A model generated the notes under the pieces. That model was not told the origin of the DNA and did no database searches. It saw nothing but the letters and a program-made list of their open reading frames with translations. From the NCBI GenBank assembly GCA_964479045.1, contig CAYZJI010000003.1:95483-159482 (forward strand): a stretch of DNA of 64,000 nt, written 5' to 3'. Source of the stretch: an uncultured Enterobacteriaceae bacterium (lineage in GTDB: Bacteria > Pseudomonadota > Gammaproteobacteria > Eutrophobiales > Eutrophobiaceae). Below are positions 48,696 through 58,374 of this stretch, piece after piece. Every line of letters starts with the position of its first letter. Positions within the stretch are counted from its first letter, which is position 1. The translations under genes and the position numbers were made by a program.

Positions 48696-49658
48696 ATGGC
48701 TAAAATTTTTAAAAATCATGTAGTTAATGTGTTTTCTATTATCCTGCTCTGTGCCAGCAGCACCGTGTCCTCTGATGCACTTTTCGGAGATGATAATGAT
48801 AAGGACATGATATGGCAGTCCGGGCTTAATTTTTATTTCAAATATGTTCCGCAGGATGAGACTGACTATGGTGTGAATGACCACCCAATCAACCTTGTCG
48901 AGAAAGAAATCAGCACTGCACTCGAAGCATTGAAAATCGAGGAAAAAAGCCTGCTGACCGCAGATGAGATCAGGACAGTTTTCACCATACAACAGTTAAA
49001 GTTACTGGGCGTCAACCTTGCCAAAGGCCTGCGCAATGCCAAGCCGGAACAGGACATTATATTTGTAATGCAAAAAGCCAGCCGCAAGCTTGGATTTCTG
49101 AATGATCGTTCCTATCTCGCTGGCCGTGCATTTTTCAAAGATGGTAAATTGAATCTGATCATAGGAGATTATGAATTACCTGCGAATGATGCTTTTGAAT
49201 CTGTTTATGATCCTTCAGGTAAACGTAACATTCCTTACGCATTCAGTTTTGGATACCGCTCGAATTCAGCCGCAAAATTCAGGAAGGATGTAATCAAAAA
49301 TGATGGTGTAATTAATATGATTGCAGGTGGTGAATTGCGTCAGGACTGGTTCATTATTGATATCAAGGTTGCCGCAGCAGCTGTGTTGGCAGAGCAGAAT
49401 AATGCGGGCAGGTCCAGCGGCTCAGTGGATACCGAAGCGATGCGACAGGAATCTGAACGTCTGGCGCGGGAACGGCGTCAGTTACGGCTGGAAATGGCCA
49501 GAATGCGCAAGGAGATGCAGGAGAGTGGTGGCACCGTAAAAAGCGAGGAATTAACGATCGAGGAACGCCTAGCCCGGCTGGATGAGTTGCATGCACAGAA
49601 GCTTATTTCTGATGATGAGTACGAGCAGAAACGCAAGGAAATTCTGGACGATATTTAA
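48696..49658 (+). CDS. Secreted protein with a C-terminal SHOCT domain
   Basis: Signal peptide. C-terminal LDELHAQKLISDDEYEQKRKEILDDI matches the SHOCT motif. The central region is unassigned. Confidence 0.6.
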   Translation: MAKIFKNHVVNVFSIILLCASSTVSSDALFGDDNDKDMIWQSGLNFYFKYVPQDETDYGVNDHPINLVEKEISTALEALKIEEKSLLTADEIRTVFTIQQLKLLGVNLAKGLRNAKPEQDIIFVMQKASRKLGFLNDRSYLAGRAFFKDGKLNLIIGDYELPANDAFESVYDPSGKRNIPYAFSFGYRSNSAAKFRKDVIKNDGVINMIAGGELRQDWFIIDIKVAAAAVLAEQNNAGRSSGSVDTEAMRQESERLARERRQLRLEMARMRKEMQESGGTVKSEELTIEERLARLDELHAQKLISDDEYEQKRKEILDDI

Positions 49659-49679
49659 GGTATTGTACTGATTTTTACC

Positions 49680-49878
49680 TAGAACCTATCTCAAAATTGG
49701 TAAATAAACAGGATAGGTTGTGATTCAAGAAAGTCCGTCATTCCGGCGAACTCCGTATCGTGGTACCGGACAGGCTACGGAATCCAGTCAAAACAATTAT
49801 TTACTGGATGCCGGGCTTGACCCGGCATGACGAAACTATTATTTATCTGTGGCATATTTAATTTTGAGATAGATTCTA
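49680..49878. mobile_element. MITE copy B (about 199 bp) with 19-bp TIRs, TA-flanked
   Basis: Left TIR TAGAACCTATCTCAAAATT (49680-49698). Right TIR AATTTTGAGATAGATTCTA (49860-49878), an 18/19 inverted match. The internal region is homologous to copy A in reverse orientation. Confidence 0.6.
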
Positions 49879-49953
49879 AACGGATTTTACTTTTAATCCG
49901 GGATTATATGACAGTCTGGTTGAACCAGATTCTATGGATATAAGGCAAGCATA

Positions 49954-50898
49954 TTGAAATCGTTATATCCGGAAATTGAGTGCCTGCATCAGTCAGAACT
50001 GCTGATTGATAATCACAGGATTTATTATGAAGTATCCGGAAATCCGCAAGGCCTTCCTGTTATTTTTCTTCATGGTGGTCCCGGCTCCGGCTGTAATCCC
50101 AATCACCGGCGTTATTTCGACCCGCAAAAATACCGCATAGTCATTTTCGATCAGCGTGGCTGCAACCGTTCGTCACCACAGGGATCTATCGAAAATAATA
50201 CAACACAGCACCTGCTCAAGGATATTGAGGCGATACGCGAAAAACTCGGTATTGATCAATGGCTGGTGTTTGGTGGTTCATGGGGCGCCACGCTTGCACT
50301 TCTTTATTCGGAGTATTTCCCGCAAAGAGTCAAGGGATTGATACTCCGGGGCAGCTTCCTCGCGCGAAAAACCGATCTGGATTGGTTTGTCAAAGAGGGT
50401 GCAAACCGTATTTTCCCGGAAGACTGGGAGAAATTTATTGGGGATTTGTCAGCAGAAGAAAGACAGGATATTGCAGCATTTTACTACCGGCATCTCCGGC
50501 ATGAGAATATCCAAATCAGACAGGAATTTACAAGGCGCTGGTCAAACTGGGCAACGCGGATCGTCACCTGGAACCTGCTCGAATCAAAGCCGGATGAGAC
50601 TGATATCGATACCCTGGTGAATCAGGTTAGCATTGAAACCCACTATGCGTACCATCGCTACTTTATCAGTGAGAACCAGATCCTGAACGATATACAAAAA
50701 ATACCGGATGTGCCGGTTACTGTTATTCATGGCCGCCGGGACCTGACCTGCACACTCGAAGCCTCCTGGTCTTTGCATAAGGTTTTACCTGGATCTGAAT
50801 TAATTATCGTGCCGGATGCCGGGCACCTCGCCAGCGAGCCGGCGATGGTGAATGCACTGGTCACGGCCACAGATCGTTTTGCCCAAATACTCAAATGA
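49954..50898 (+). CDS. pip: Proline iminopeptidase (alpha/beta hydrolase)
   Basis: MKSLYPEIE..., HGGPGSGC, GGSWGATLAL nucleophile elbow. Aligns along its whole length with Pip. Confidence 0.85.
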   Translation: MKSLYPEIECLHQSELLIDNHRIYYEVSGNPQGLPVIFLHGGPGSGCNPNHRRYFDPQKYRIVIFDQRGCNRSSPQGSIENNTTQHLLKDIEAIREKLGIDQWLVFGGSWGATLALLYSEYFPQRVKGLILRGSFLARKTDLDWFVKEGANRIFPEDWEKFIGDLSAEERQDIAAFYYRHLRHENIQIRQEFTRRWSNWATRIVTWNLLESKPDETDIDTLVNQVSIETHYAYHRYFISENQILNDIQKIPDVPVTVIHGRRDLTCTLEASWSLHKVLPGSELIIVPDAGHLASEPAMVNALVTATDRFAQILK

Positions 50899-51722
50899 CG
50901 GCAATTGTAATAGAACGCCCGTTAATCATGGGCATATTGAATGTCACTCCGGACAGTTTTTCTGACGGGGGAAAATACCAGAATGTTCCCCTGGCGATTG
51001 AACATGCTTTACGCATGGTCGAAGAAGGAGTGGATATTATTGATGTCGGTGGTGAATCCACACGTCCCGGTTCAGAGCGCGTGAGTCCGGCAGAACAGAA
51101 GCAACGCATACTCAATGTGGTTGGAGATTTACGGAAAACCCTGCCGGATCGTGTGAAGATTAGTGTCGACACCACGCTCGCAGACGTTGCGTCTGCTGTA
51201 TTACAGGCTGGCGCCGGAATTATCAATGATATTTCCGCGGGTCGTGATGATCCGGGAATGTTCAATCTGATAGCTGAAAATAACTGTCCTTATGTAATCA
51301 TGCACATGCAGGGTACGCCAAAAATTATGCAGGACAACCCGGTTTATCAGAATGTAGTTGAAGAGGTAAGAACATTTTTACTGGAGCGGACGCAGGCTGC
51401 GCAGAGCGCAGGTATTAAAAAGAAAAATTTGATTATCGATCCAGGTATCGGATTCGGAAAAACCCGTGAACATAATCTTGAACTGATGGCCAACCTGGAC
51501 AAGTTTGTGAATACCGGTTATCCGGTATTGTTGGGCACCAGCCGCAAACGTTTTATGGGGAATATTTGTGCTGGAGCCACACCGGATCAGTTGGTTGGCG
51601 CAACCTGTGCCACCACGGTACTGGGTGTAAAATCCGGGGTGAAAATCTTCCGGGTACATGATGTACGCGAAAACCGCCAGGCCGCAGATGTGGCCTTGAT
51701 GGTCATGAAAAGTTCAAGATAA
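50895..51722 (+). CDS. folP: Dihydropteroate synthase
   Basis: MGILNVTPDSFSDGG and DIIDVGGESTRPG motifs. 275 aa. Confidence 0.9.
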   Translation: MTAIVIERPLIMGILNVTPDSFSDGGKYQNVPLAIEHALRMVEEGVDIIDVGGESTRPGSERVSPAEQKQRILNVVGDLRKTLPDRVKISVDTTLADVASAVLQAGAGIINDISAGRDDPGMFNLIAENNCPYVIMHMQGTPKIMQDNPVYQNVVEEVRTFLLERTQAAQSAGIKKKNLIIDPGIGFGKTREHNLELMANLDKFVNTGYPVLLGTSRKRFMGNICAGATPDQLVGATCATTVLGVKSGVKIFRVHDVRENRQAADVALMVMKSSR

Positions 51723-52196
51723 TTACAATATACCTTCCCCCTTGCAGGGGGAAGGTAAGGATGGGGGTAGAATACAAGGAAGTATGAAATCTAATCGTAT
51801 CAATCCACTTATTAAACATCGATCGCGTAAATTGCGTCTTTCGATGACAGATGCAGAGCAAAAAATCTGGATAGCGCTTCGCCAGAAACAAATCGGAAAT
51901 TACAAGTTTCGCCGGCAACATCCATATAAAGGCTATATATTAGATTTTGTCTGTTTGGAGTCAAAATTGGTTATTGAAATAGATGGTGGTCAGCATGTGA
52001 TAAATGTTGAATATGATAAAAATCGCACACATTGCTTGGAAAAGGGTGGCTATAAGATATTACGATTCTGGAACAATGAAGTTATGAGTAATCTGGATAG
52101 TATTTTGGAAGTTATTTGGAGGGAACTGGATTCGGATACTCTACCCCCACCTTAATCCTCCCCCTGCAAGGGGGAGGAGATAATTTACTTTCCTAG
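51723..52196. mobile_element. Putative mini-element: DUF559 endonuclease-like gene bracketed by inverted GC-rich palindromic repeats
   Basis: Left: ACCTTCCCCC-TTGCA-GGGGGAAGGT + AAGGATGGGGGTAG. Right: CTACCCCCACCTTAA + TCCTCCCCC-TGCAA-GGGGGAGGA. The arms are mutually inverted, and a solo relative lies at 45660-45760. Confidence 0.4.
51784..52155 (+). CDS. DUF559 (Vsr/restriction-endonuclease-like fold) domain protein
   Basis: About 120 aa with the conserved DAEQKIW...RRQHPYKGYILDFVC...EIDGGQH core. Start set at ATG 51784 (MKSNRI...). The ORF-track start 51742 lies inside the repeat. Confidence 0.7.
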   Translation: MKSNRINPLIKHRSRKLRLSMTDAEQKIWIALRQKQIGNYKFRRQHPYKGYILDFVCLESKLVIEIDGGQHVINVEYDKNRTHCLEKGGYKILRFWNNEVMSNLDSILEVIWRELDSDTLPPP

Positions 52197-52235
52197 ATGG
52201 TTGGAATGGGTGTAACAATACTCAAGCCCTGGAAT

Positions 52236-53399
52236 TTAAGCTGTGGTAACAGGTTTTTCCTTGATGATCTTTCTGGAGTTCTTCATGTTGCGGAACACCA
52301 ATGGTTTTTCATCAAATTCTTTCTTGCCCGCCAGTTGCCCGATACGCTCCACATCATCATGCAGCTTTTTATGGAATGGAGACTTGTCGCAGACCGGGTC
52401 CGCATTACAGGCATCGCCCGTCAGCATATAGGCCTGACACCGGCAACCACCCAGATCTTTTTCCTTTTCCGGACAGGAACGGCAGGGTTCCTTCATCCAG
52501 TCGAGACCACGGAATTTGTTGAAGTCGGGCGAATCATTCCAGATCCATTCAATGCTGTGATCACGTACATTGGGAAATTCCAGACCGGGCAACTGGCCGG
52601 CCGCATGACAGGGCAGGGCCGTGCCATCCGGTGCTATCGTGAGGAAGATATTGCCCCAGCCATTCATGCATTTCTTCGGACGGTTTTCAAAATAGTCCGG
52701 AATCACATAAATGACCTTCATCTTGCCCTTCATTTTTTCCTGATATTCTTTCGCCACTTTTTCAGCATTATCCAGTTGTGCCCGTGTCGGCAGTAACTGA
52801 TCGACATTGATTCTGGACCAGCCGTAGTACTGGGTGCTGGCGAGTTCGACGTAATCAGCGTTCAGTTCCACGGTCATATCCAGGATATCGCGGATCTGGT
52901 CGATATTTTTCCGGTGCAGCACGATATTCAGCACCATTGGATATTCCAGTTCTTTCACATAACGGGCCATTTCCTTCTTATGCTGAAAACTCTTGGTACC
53001 GCCGATGAAATTATTCAGTTCTTCATTGCTGGCCTGGAAACTGATCTGGATATGATCGAGCCCGGCCTCTTTAAATGCTTTAACCCGTTTTTTATCCATG
53101 CCCACGCTGGATGTAATCAGATTGGTATAAAAACCCAGCCGCCTGGCTTCCGCGATCAGTAATTCCAGATCCTTGCGTACCAGCGGTTCACCGCCGGAAA
53201 AACCAAGCTGTGTCGCACCCATGGCGCGAGCCTGCTGCATGACACGGAACCAGTCTTCCGTTGAGAGTTCATTCTCGTATTTCGCAATCTCAACCGGATT
53301 GGAACAATATGGACACTGCAGCGGGCAGCGATAAGTCAGTTCCGCCAGCAGCCACAGGGGTTTAGACAGCGTTCGATTTTCTGATCCAGCCGTTGGCAT
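52236..53399 (-). CDS. pqqE: PQQ biosynthesis radical-SAM/SPASM protein PqqE
   Basis: [21 protein letters not shown] radical-SAM motif. Start at ATG 53399 with the RBS GGAGG. The ORF-track start 53501 is an extension. Confidence 0.9.
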   Translation of the reverse strand: MPTAGSENRTLSKPLWLLAELTYRCPLQCPYCSNPVEIAKYENELSTEDWFRVMQQARAMGATQLGFSGGEPLVRKDLELLIAEARRLGFYTNLITSSVGMDKKRVKAFKEAGLDHIQISFQASNEELNNFIGGTKSFQHKKEMARYVKELEYPMVLNIVLHRKNIDQIRDILDMTVELNADYVELASTQYYGWSRINVDQLLPTRAQLDNAEKVAKEYQEKMKGKMKVIYVIPDYFENRPKKCMNGWGNIFLTIAPDGTALPCHAAGQLPGLEFPNVRDHSIEWIWNDSPDFNKFRGLDWMKEPCRSCPEKEKDLGGCRCQAYMLTGDACNADPVCDKSPFHKKLHDDVERIGQLAGKKEFDEKPLVFRNMKNSRKIIKEKPVTTA

Positions 53400-53655
53400 G
53401 GGCGACCTCCAGGAATTTATATACATCGGCATCCAGGTCCACACCCGGAAAGGTGCGATGTAAATCATCCAGTATATGGTTAAGTGTAGACTGTCCGTCA
53501 CACCGCTTCATGATTTCGCCAGCGCTGGGACTGAGTTTGACCATGCCCTCGGGATAGTGCTCGACTTAACAGTTCTGTGCCTCTTCGCTCTGTAAGCGGA
53601 AGGTAGGCGCCAGCTTTGGTATATCTGTTGCGATGTAGGTTTCAGCCATATTCAT
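53362..53655 (-). pseudogene. pqqD: pqqD (PQQ biosynthesis peptide chaperone) interrupted by an in-frame TAA
   Basis: The ATG at 53655-53653 overlaps the pqqC stop as ATGA. The reading frame gives [57 protein letters not shown]..., which aligns with PqqD, where the stop sits at a position usually occupied by His or Tyr. Only the 60-aa C-terminal part appears in the ORF track. Confidence 0.7.
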
Positions 53656-54380
53656 TTACAGTTGTGATAGGGTGGTTTCTTTTCAATATACGCCATCCAC
53701 ATGCAATCCAGCATGGTCCACAGAATATCCAGCTTGAATTGCAGGACAGAGAGGGCATATTCCTGCTCTTCACGCGTTTTGTAATAATCCAGCGTTATAT
53801 CCAGACCATGTTGCACGTCACGTCTCGCTTCTTTTAGACGCTTGCGGAAATAGTTATATCCCTGTTTATCGATCCACGGATAATATTCCGGCCAGTTATC
53901 CAGCCGTTTCTGATGGATTTTGGGTGCAAATAATTCAGTCAGCGACGAACTGGCGGCTTCCTGCCAGGTGGCGCGCCGCGCGAAATTCAGATAAGCATCG
54001 ATCGCAAAACGTACACCCGGCAATACATGTTCATAGGACAGCAATTCTTTACGCTTGAGCCCTACGGCTTCGCCCAGTTGCAGCCAGGCCTCTATGCCGC
54101 CTTCATCACCCTCCACACCATCGTGATCAATGATGCGTTGTACCCATTGCCGCCGCGCATCGCGGTCCGGGCAGTTGGACATGATTGCAGCATCCTTGAT
54201 GGGAATGGTCGTCTGATAATAAAAACGATTGGCAACCCAGCCCTGTATGGCTTTTTTATTGAGTTTGCCGCTGTTCATGAGGATATGGAACTCATGATTG
54301 ATATGGTAATACTTTTCCTTGGCGCGCAACTGCTGTTCGAATTCCTTGCGGGTCCAGGGTTTTTTTGATTTGGTTGTCAT
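53652..54380 (-). CDS. pqqC: Pyrroloquinoline-quinone synthase PqqC
   Basis: 242 aa. PqqC-family similarity was recognised from memory over most of its length; between pqqB and pqqD as expected. Confidence 0.9.
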   Translation of the reverse strand: MTTKSKKPWTRKEFEQQLRAKEKYYHINHEFHILMNSGKLNKKAIQGWVANRFYYQTTIPIKDAAIMSNCPDRDARRQWVQRIIDHDGVEGDEGGIEAWLQLGEAVGLKRKELLSYEHVLPGVRFAIDAYLNFARRATWQEAASSSLTELFAPKIHQKRLDNWPEYYPWIDKQGYNYFRKRLKEARRDVQHGLDITLDYYKTREEQEYALSVLQFKLDILWTMLDCMWMAYIEKKPPYHNCK

Positions 54381-54396
54381 GATGATCTCCCGGTTT

Positions 54397-55311
54397 TTAT
54401 AAATGAATATCCATTCCGTCGTATGAGACTTCGATGCCAGCCTTGTTCAACACGGAACGTTCAGGAGAATCTTCATCGAGAATCGGGTTGGTGTTGTTGA
54501 TATGGATCAAAATCTTTCTGGGTTTTTTCATGGGCTTCAACATATTCATGATGCCGTTTTCGCTGGACTGATCCAGATGCCCCATTTCACTGGCGAGTTT
54601 GTCACTGATGCCTTCCTTCGACATTTCATCGTTGGTCCATACGGTGCCGTCAACCAGCACACAATCGGCATCTTCCATATATTTCACGACATGCTCTTCA
54701 ACTTCACCAAGACCTGGAGCATAAAAAAGGTTTTTACCGGTGTTAATGTCTTCAATACGAAAACCCATGTTCACTCCAGGAACAGTGTTGTGACGGCGGG
54801 GTGAAAATGGTGGTGCTTCGCTTTTCAGCGGTACACCGGTGAAACGTAATCCTGTCGCCTGTGGAATGGTGAAGGGTTTCTGGTCCAGCTTGACTTCATG
54901 CCAGTTCACACCGCGGAAGTGGCTGAGAATATTAAACAGGGGATAACCGGTGGTGAGGTCTTCCTTGACGATTTCGGTGCAATAGATGTCCCACGGTTTG
55001 TTGTGTTCCCGCAGGGTCATGAGACCGGTGGTGTGATCAATCTGGGCATCACAGAGGACAATGGCACAGATGCCGGTGTCCCTGACCGCACGGCCTGGCT
55101 GCAGGGGCGGGAAAGAAGCCATCTGCGCCCGGATGTCGGGTGAGGCATTGAACAATACCCAGTCCACGTCATTGGCACTCACGGTAATAGAAGATTGCGT
55201 GCGTGGGGTGCTTTTGATATCGCCACGGCGGATACGGCTGCAATTATGGCAATTACAGTTCCACTGCGGGAAACCGCCACCGGCTCCAGTGCCTAACAAG
55301 CGTACATGCAT
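54397..55311 (-). CDS. pqqB: PQQ biosynthesis protein PqqB (metallo-beta-lactamase fold)
   Basis: [21 protein letters not shown]... N-terminus typical of PqqB. 304 aa. Confidence 0.9.
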   Translation of the reverse strand: MHVRLLGTGAGGGFPQWNCNCHNCSRIRRGDIKSTPRTQSSITVSANDVDWVLFNASPDIRAQMASFPPLQPGRAVRDTGICAIVLCDAQIDHTTGLMTLREHNKPWDIYCTEIVKEDLTTGYPLFNILSHFRGVNWHEVKLDQKPFTIPQATGLRFTGVPLKSEAPPFSPRRHNTVPGVNMGFRIEDINTGKNLFYAPGLGEVEEHVVKYMEDADCVLVDGTVWTNDEMSKEGISDKLASEMGHLDQSSENGIMNMLKPMKKPRKILIHINNTNPILDEDSPERSVLNKAGIEVSYDGMDIHL

Positions 55312-55371
55312 GATTCGGATTACCTTTCCTCAATCTCGTACAGATGGATTTAATTAAGTCTGGCCTTATTG

Positions 55372-55388
55372 AGCGAATTCCATGCCAG
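55372..55388 (-). promoter_or_regulatory. Weak candidate sigma-54 promoter upstream of pqqB
   Basis: Minus-strand CTGGCAT-GGAAT-TCGCT: the GG/GC spacing is correct and the -24 element is good, but there is a mismatch at -14. About 60 nt upstream of the pqqB ATG. Confidence 0.3.
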
Positions 55389-55589
55389 CCCATATCTAAT
55401 TAAAGTAAAATATGATTTATTAATATTATTTCTTTTTAAATCAATACATTACAAATATAATCAAGAACGGGTATAGTTCTGGATATTCAGTCACCTGACC
55501 ATAAAGTGGTTGAAATCAACCATATTGCGGCCATAAGGACAAATCAAAAAACCGGCGTCAGTTTATCACTTATATAATCATCACCATTC

Positions 55590-57065
55590 ATGACTGATCT
55601 GAAAAAAGAACATCTTCTGTTCCTGACCGGCAAGCTGGCGGAAAAACGTTTGCAACGGGTACTGGAATCCATGCAACCCACCGAATTCACTTATGAAGTC
55701 AGAAATATCGGCGTGAGTGTGGCAGCACTGATGACCGGGCAGATGTTAATGCGACGCCTGAATACACTGGAGGGAGTGAATCGCATTATCGTGCCGGGAC
55801 TTTGCCGGGGTGATCTTGAACAGGTTGCTCAAAAGTTCGGGGTCCCGGTTGTTCGTGGGCCTGAAGATCTCAAGGACCTCCCGCAGTTTTTTGGTCGCAA
55901 GGGGCGGAAGCCGGATCTCAGCCGGTTTGATGTGCGGATTTTCGCTGAAATTACGGATGCGCCGATGATCACCATCCCGGAGATTATCCAACGCGCGGAG
56001 CGCTACCGGCGTGATGGCGCCGACATTATCGACCTCGGTTGTCTGCCGGACACGCCATTCCCGCATCTGGAAGAGGCCATTGTTGCTCTGCATGAGGCCG
56101 GTTTCAAAGTCAGCGTGGATTCTCTGGAAGATGATGATTTGCTGCAGGGTGGCAAGGCTGGTGCTGATTACCTGCTGAGCCTCAAGGAAAGCAGCAAGTG
56201 GATTGCTGATGAGGTGGCAGCCATACCGATTATTATTCCTGAACCGCATACAGACATGCCGTCGTTGTACCGGCTGATCGAATATTTCGATAAAAAAAAC
56301 CGCCCGTTTATTGCTGACAGCATCCTCGATCCCATTCATTTCGGTTTCATGGATTCACTCGTACGCTATCATGAACTGCGGCGTGAATGCCCGGATATCG
56401 GGATCATGATGGGTATCGGCAATCTCACGGAATTGACGGAAGCGGATACGACCGGGATTAATGCCATGCTGTTTGGTGTTATTTCCGAATTGCAGATCAC
56501 TCATGTTCTGGCGACGGAAGTCAGTCCGCACGCCTGCTCTGCCGTCCGCGAAGCCGACAAGGCCCGGCGTATCATGTATGCCGCACGGGCAGAGGGCAGT
56601 CTGCCCAAGGATTTTGATGGTTCGCTGTTAACCGGCCATTCGCGCAAGCCGTTTCCCTATTCAACCGATGAAATCCGGGAACTGGCGGCGGAAGTCCGTG
56701 ATCCGAGTTATCGCATCATGGTGAGTGAAGACGGGATTCACGTTTATAATCGAGATGGGCTGGTCAGTGGCAGTAGTCCATATGATTTATTTCCGCGGCT
56801 GGATTTGTTGCAGAACGATGCGCCCCATGCCTTTTACATGGGCGTGGAACTGGCCAAGGCACAGATCGGCTTGCAGCTCAGCAAACGTTACAGTCAGGAC
56901 GAGGAACTGAACTGGGGGGCGGCCGTCGCGCCGGGCAGTGATGCTGAAGCCGAAGCCTTGATTAAGGCGGCGCATAATCTCAAGGACAGACAGGCGGAAT
57001 ACAAGGAAGCGGGCGCCACATTAAAGGCCGGCCACGCACAGAAAAAGAAGAAACTGAGCACATGA
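55590..57065 (+). CDS. Dihydropteroate-synthase-like (pterin-binding) protein of the methanopterin-biosynthesis type
   Basis: 491 aa. C-terminal DHPS-like pterin-binding region (GADIIDLGCLPD...). The N-terminal domain is not folP-like. Clustered with DUF447 and MfnB-like genes. Confidence 0.55.
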   Translation: MTDLKKEHLLFLTGKLAEKRLQRVLESMQPTEFTYEVRNIGVSVAALMTGQMLMRRLNTLEGVNRIIVPGLCRGDLEQVAQKFGVPVVRGPEDLKDLPQFFGRKGRKPDLSRFDVRIFAEITDAPMITIPEIIQRAERYRRDGADIIDLGCLPDTPFPHLEEAIVALHEAGFKVSVDSLEDDDLLQGGKAGADYLLSLKESSKWIADEVAAIPIIIPEPHTDMPSLYRLIEYFDKKNRPFIADSILDPIHFGFMDSLVRYHELRRECPDIGIMMGIGNLTELTEADTTGINAMLFGVISELQITHVLATEVSPHACSAVREADKARRIMYAARAEGSLPKDFDGSLLTGHSRKPFPYSTDEIRELAAEVRDPSYRIMVSEDGIHVYNRDGLVSGSSPYDLFPRLDLLQNDAPHAFYMGVELAKAQIGLQLSKRYSQDEELNWGAAVAPGSDAEAEALIKAAHNLKDRQAEYKEAGATLKAGHAQKKKKLST

Positions 57066-57640
57066 TCCGCGAGACTATTATTACAACGCTCAATGCCGAT
57101 GACACGGCGCAAATCGCGCCGATGGGTATCCGCGAACAGGATGGATTGATCGTGATTGCGCCGTTCAAACCCTCTACGACACTCGAAAATCTGAAGCGGA
57201 GCGGACAGGCGGTTGTCAATCTAACCGATGATGTGCGGGTATTTGCCGGTTGCCTTACCGGCCGCTATGACTGGCCGGTGGTCCCGGCAACCTCATTCAA
57301 AGGCATGCGCCTGCAAAATTCATTGAGCCACATGGAAGTCGTTGTGGATCGTGTTGAAGATGACAACTTGCGGCCGCGTTTTTTCTGCAAGGTACAACAT
57401 CAGGAAACACACCGGCCGTTTGCCGGATTTAACCGTGCCCAGGCAGCCGTGCTGGAGCTTGCCATACTGGTCAGCCGTTTACACATGCTGCCGGCGGAGA
57501 AAATTGATGCAGAAGTCCGCTATCTGGAAATTGCTATCGAAAAAACGGCAGGCAATCATGAACGCGAAGCCTGGAACTGGTTGATTGACAAAATAACCGA
57601 TTTCCGGCAACGGGAAGCTGCAAAGGAGCGCATGGTATGA
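57062..57640 (+). CDS. DUF447-like family protein (H4MPT-cluster associated)
   Basis: 192 aa, overlapping the stops of both neighbours (operon). The family assignment is from memory. Confidence 0.5.
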   Translation: MIRETIITTLNADDTAQIAPMGIREQDGLIVIAPFKPSTTLENLKRSGQAVVNLTDDVRVFAGCLTGRYDWPVVPATSFKGMRLQNSLSHMEVVVDRVEDDNLRPRFFCKVQHQETHRPFAGFNRAQAAVLELAILVSRLHMLPAEKIDAEVRYLEIAIEKTAGNHEREAWNWLIDKITDFRQREAAKERMV

Positions 57641-58356
57641 CTCGCTTTCTGGCCAGTATTTCCAATACCGATGAAGCCTCTTTGTTGCTTGCCGCCGGTG
57701 CAGACATTATTGATATCAAGGACCCGCATAAAGGCGCACTGGGGGCTGTAGAGCACGCTGTGATCCGGGACATTGTGCAGAAAATTTCCGGCCGGGTACT
57801 GACCAGCGCCACCATCGGTGATCTGCCCATGCAGACGGAAGTGATTTCCGCAGCAATTGATGCTATGCGAAAAACAGGCGTGGATATTATCAAGGTCGGA
57901 ATATTTGCATCTTCAGTTCCGGCGCGGATTCTGGACATGATCAGGCAACACACGTGTAACGATTGCCAGGTGGTACTGGTATTCTTCGCCGACATGCAGC
58001 CGTACATCCAAAATTTTTCCACACTGGCTGAAACCGGGATCTATGGCGTCATGCTGGATACGGCAGACAAAACCAGGGGTTCGTTACGGTCGCACCTGAA
58101 TGATCAGGCCTTGAATGAATTTGTCAGCTCTGGCCGTGCCTCCGGTTTGTTAACAGGACTGGCAGGCTCTCTGAAACTGACTGATATTCCGTCGTTGCTG
58201 AAAGTCAGGCCGGATTATCTGGGTTTCCGCAGTGCGTTGTGCGACAGACAACAACGGCAGGGAGTGATAGACGCCAGCGCTGTGCATAATGTGCGGGCCA
58301 TGATCCCGGTAAATCACAGCTATACTTACAACAATAACCTGATCGCTAACGTGTAA
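57637..58356 (+). CDS. (5-formylfuran-3-yl)methyl phosphate synthase-like (MfnB/DUF556 family, methanofuran biosynthesis)
   Basis: N-terminal AAGADIIDIKDPHKGALGA matches the MfnB GADIIDVKNP..GSLGA motif. Lys-containing TIM barrel. Confidence 0.7.
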   Translation: MTRFLASISNTDEASLLLAAGADIIDIKDPHKGALGAVEHAVIRDIVQKISGRVLTSATIGDLPMQTEVISAAIDAMRKTGVDIIKVGIFASSVPARILDMIRQHTCNDCQVVLVFFADMQPYIQNFSTLAETGIYGVMLDTADKTRGSLRSHLNDQALNEFVSSGRASGLLTGLAGSLKLTDIPSLLKVRPDYLGFRSALCDRQQRQGVIDASAVHNVRAMIPVNHSYTYNNNLIANV

Positions 58357-58374
58357 ATTCCGGAGCAGACTGAT

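Noticed and set aside
55312-55589. Expected pqqA immediately upstream of pqqB
   Set aside because: All minus-strand frames translated by hand. No W-x-x-P / E-x-x-x-Y peptide is present; the real pqqA is at 18415-18489.
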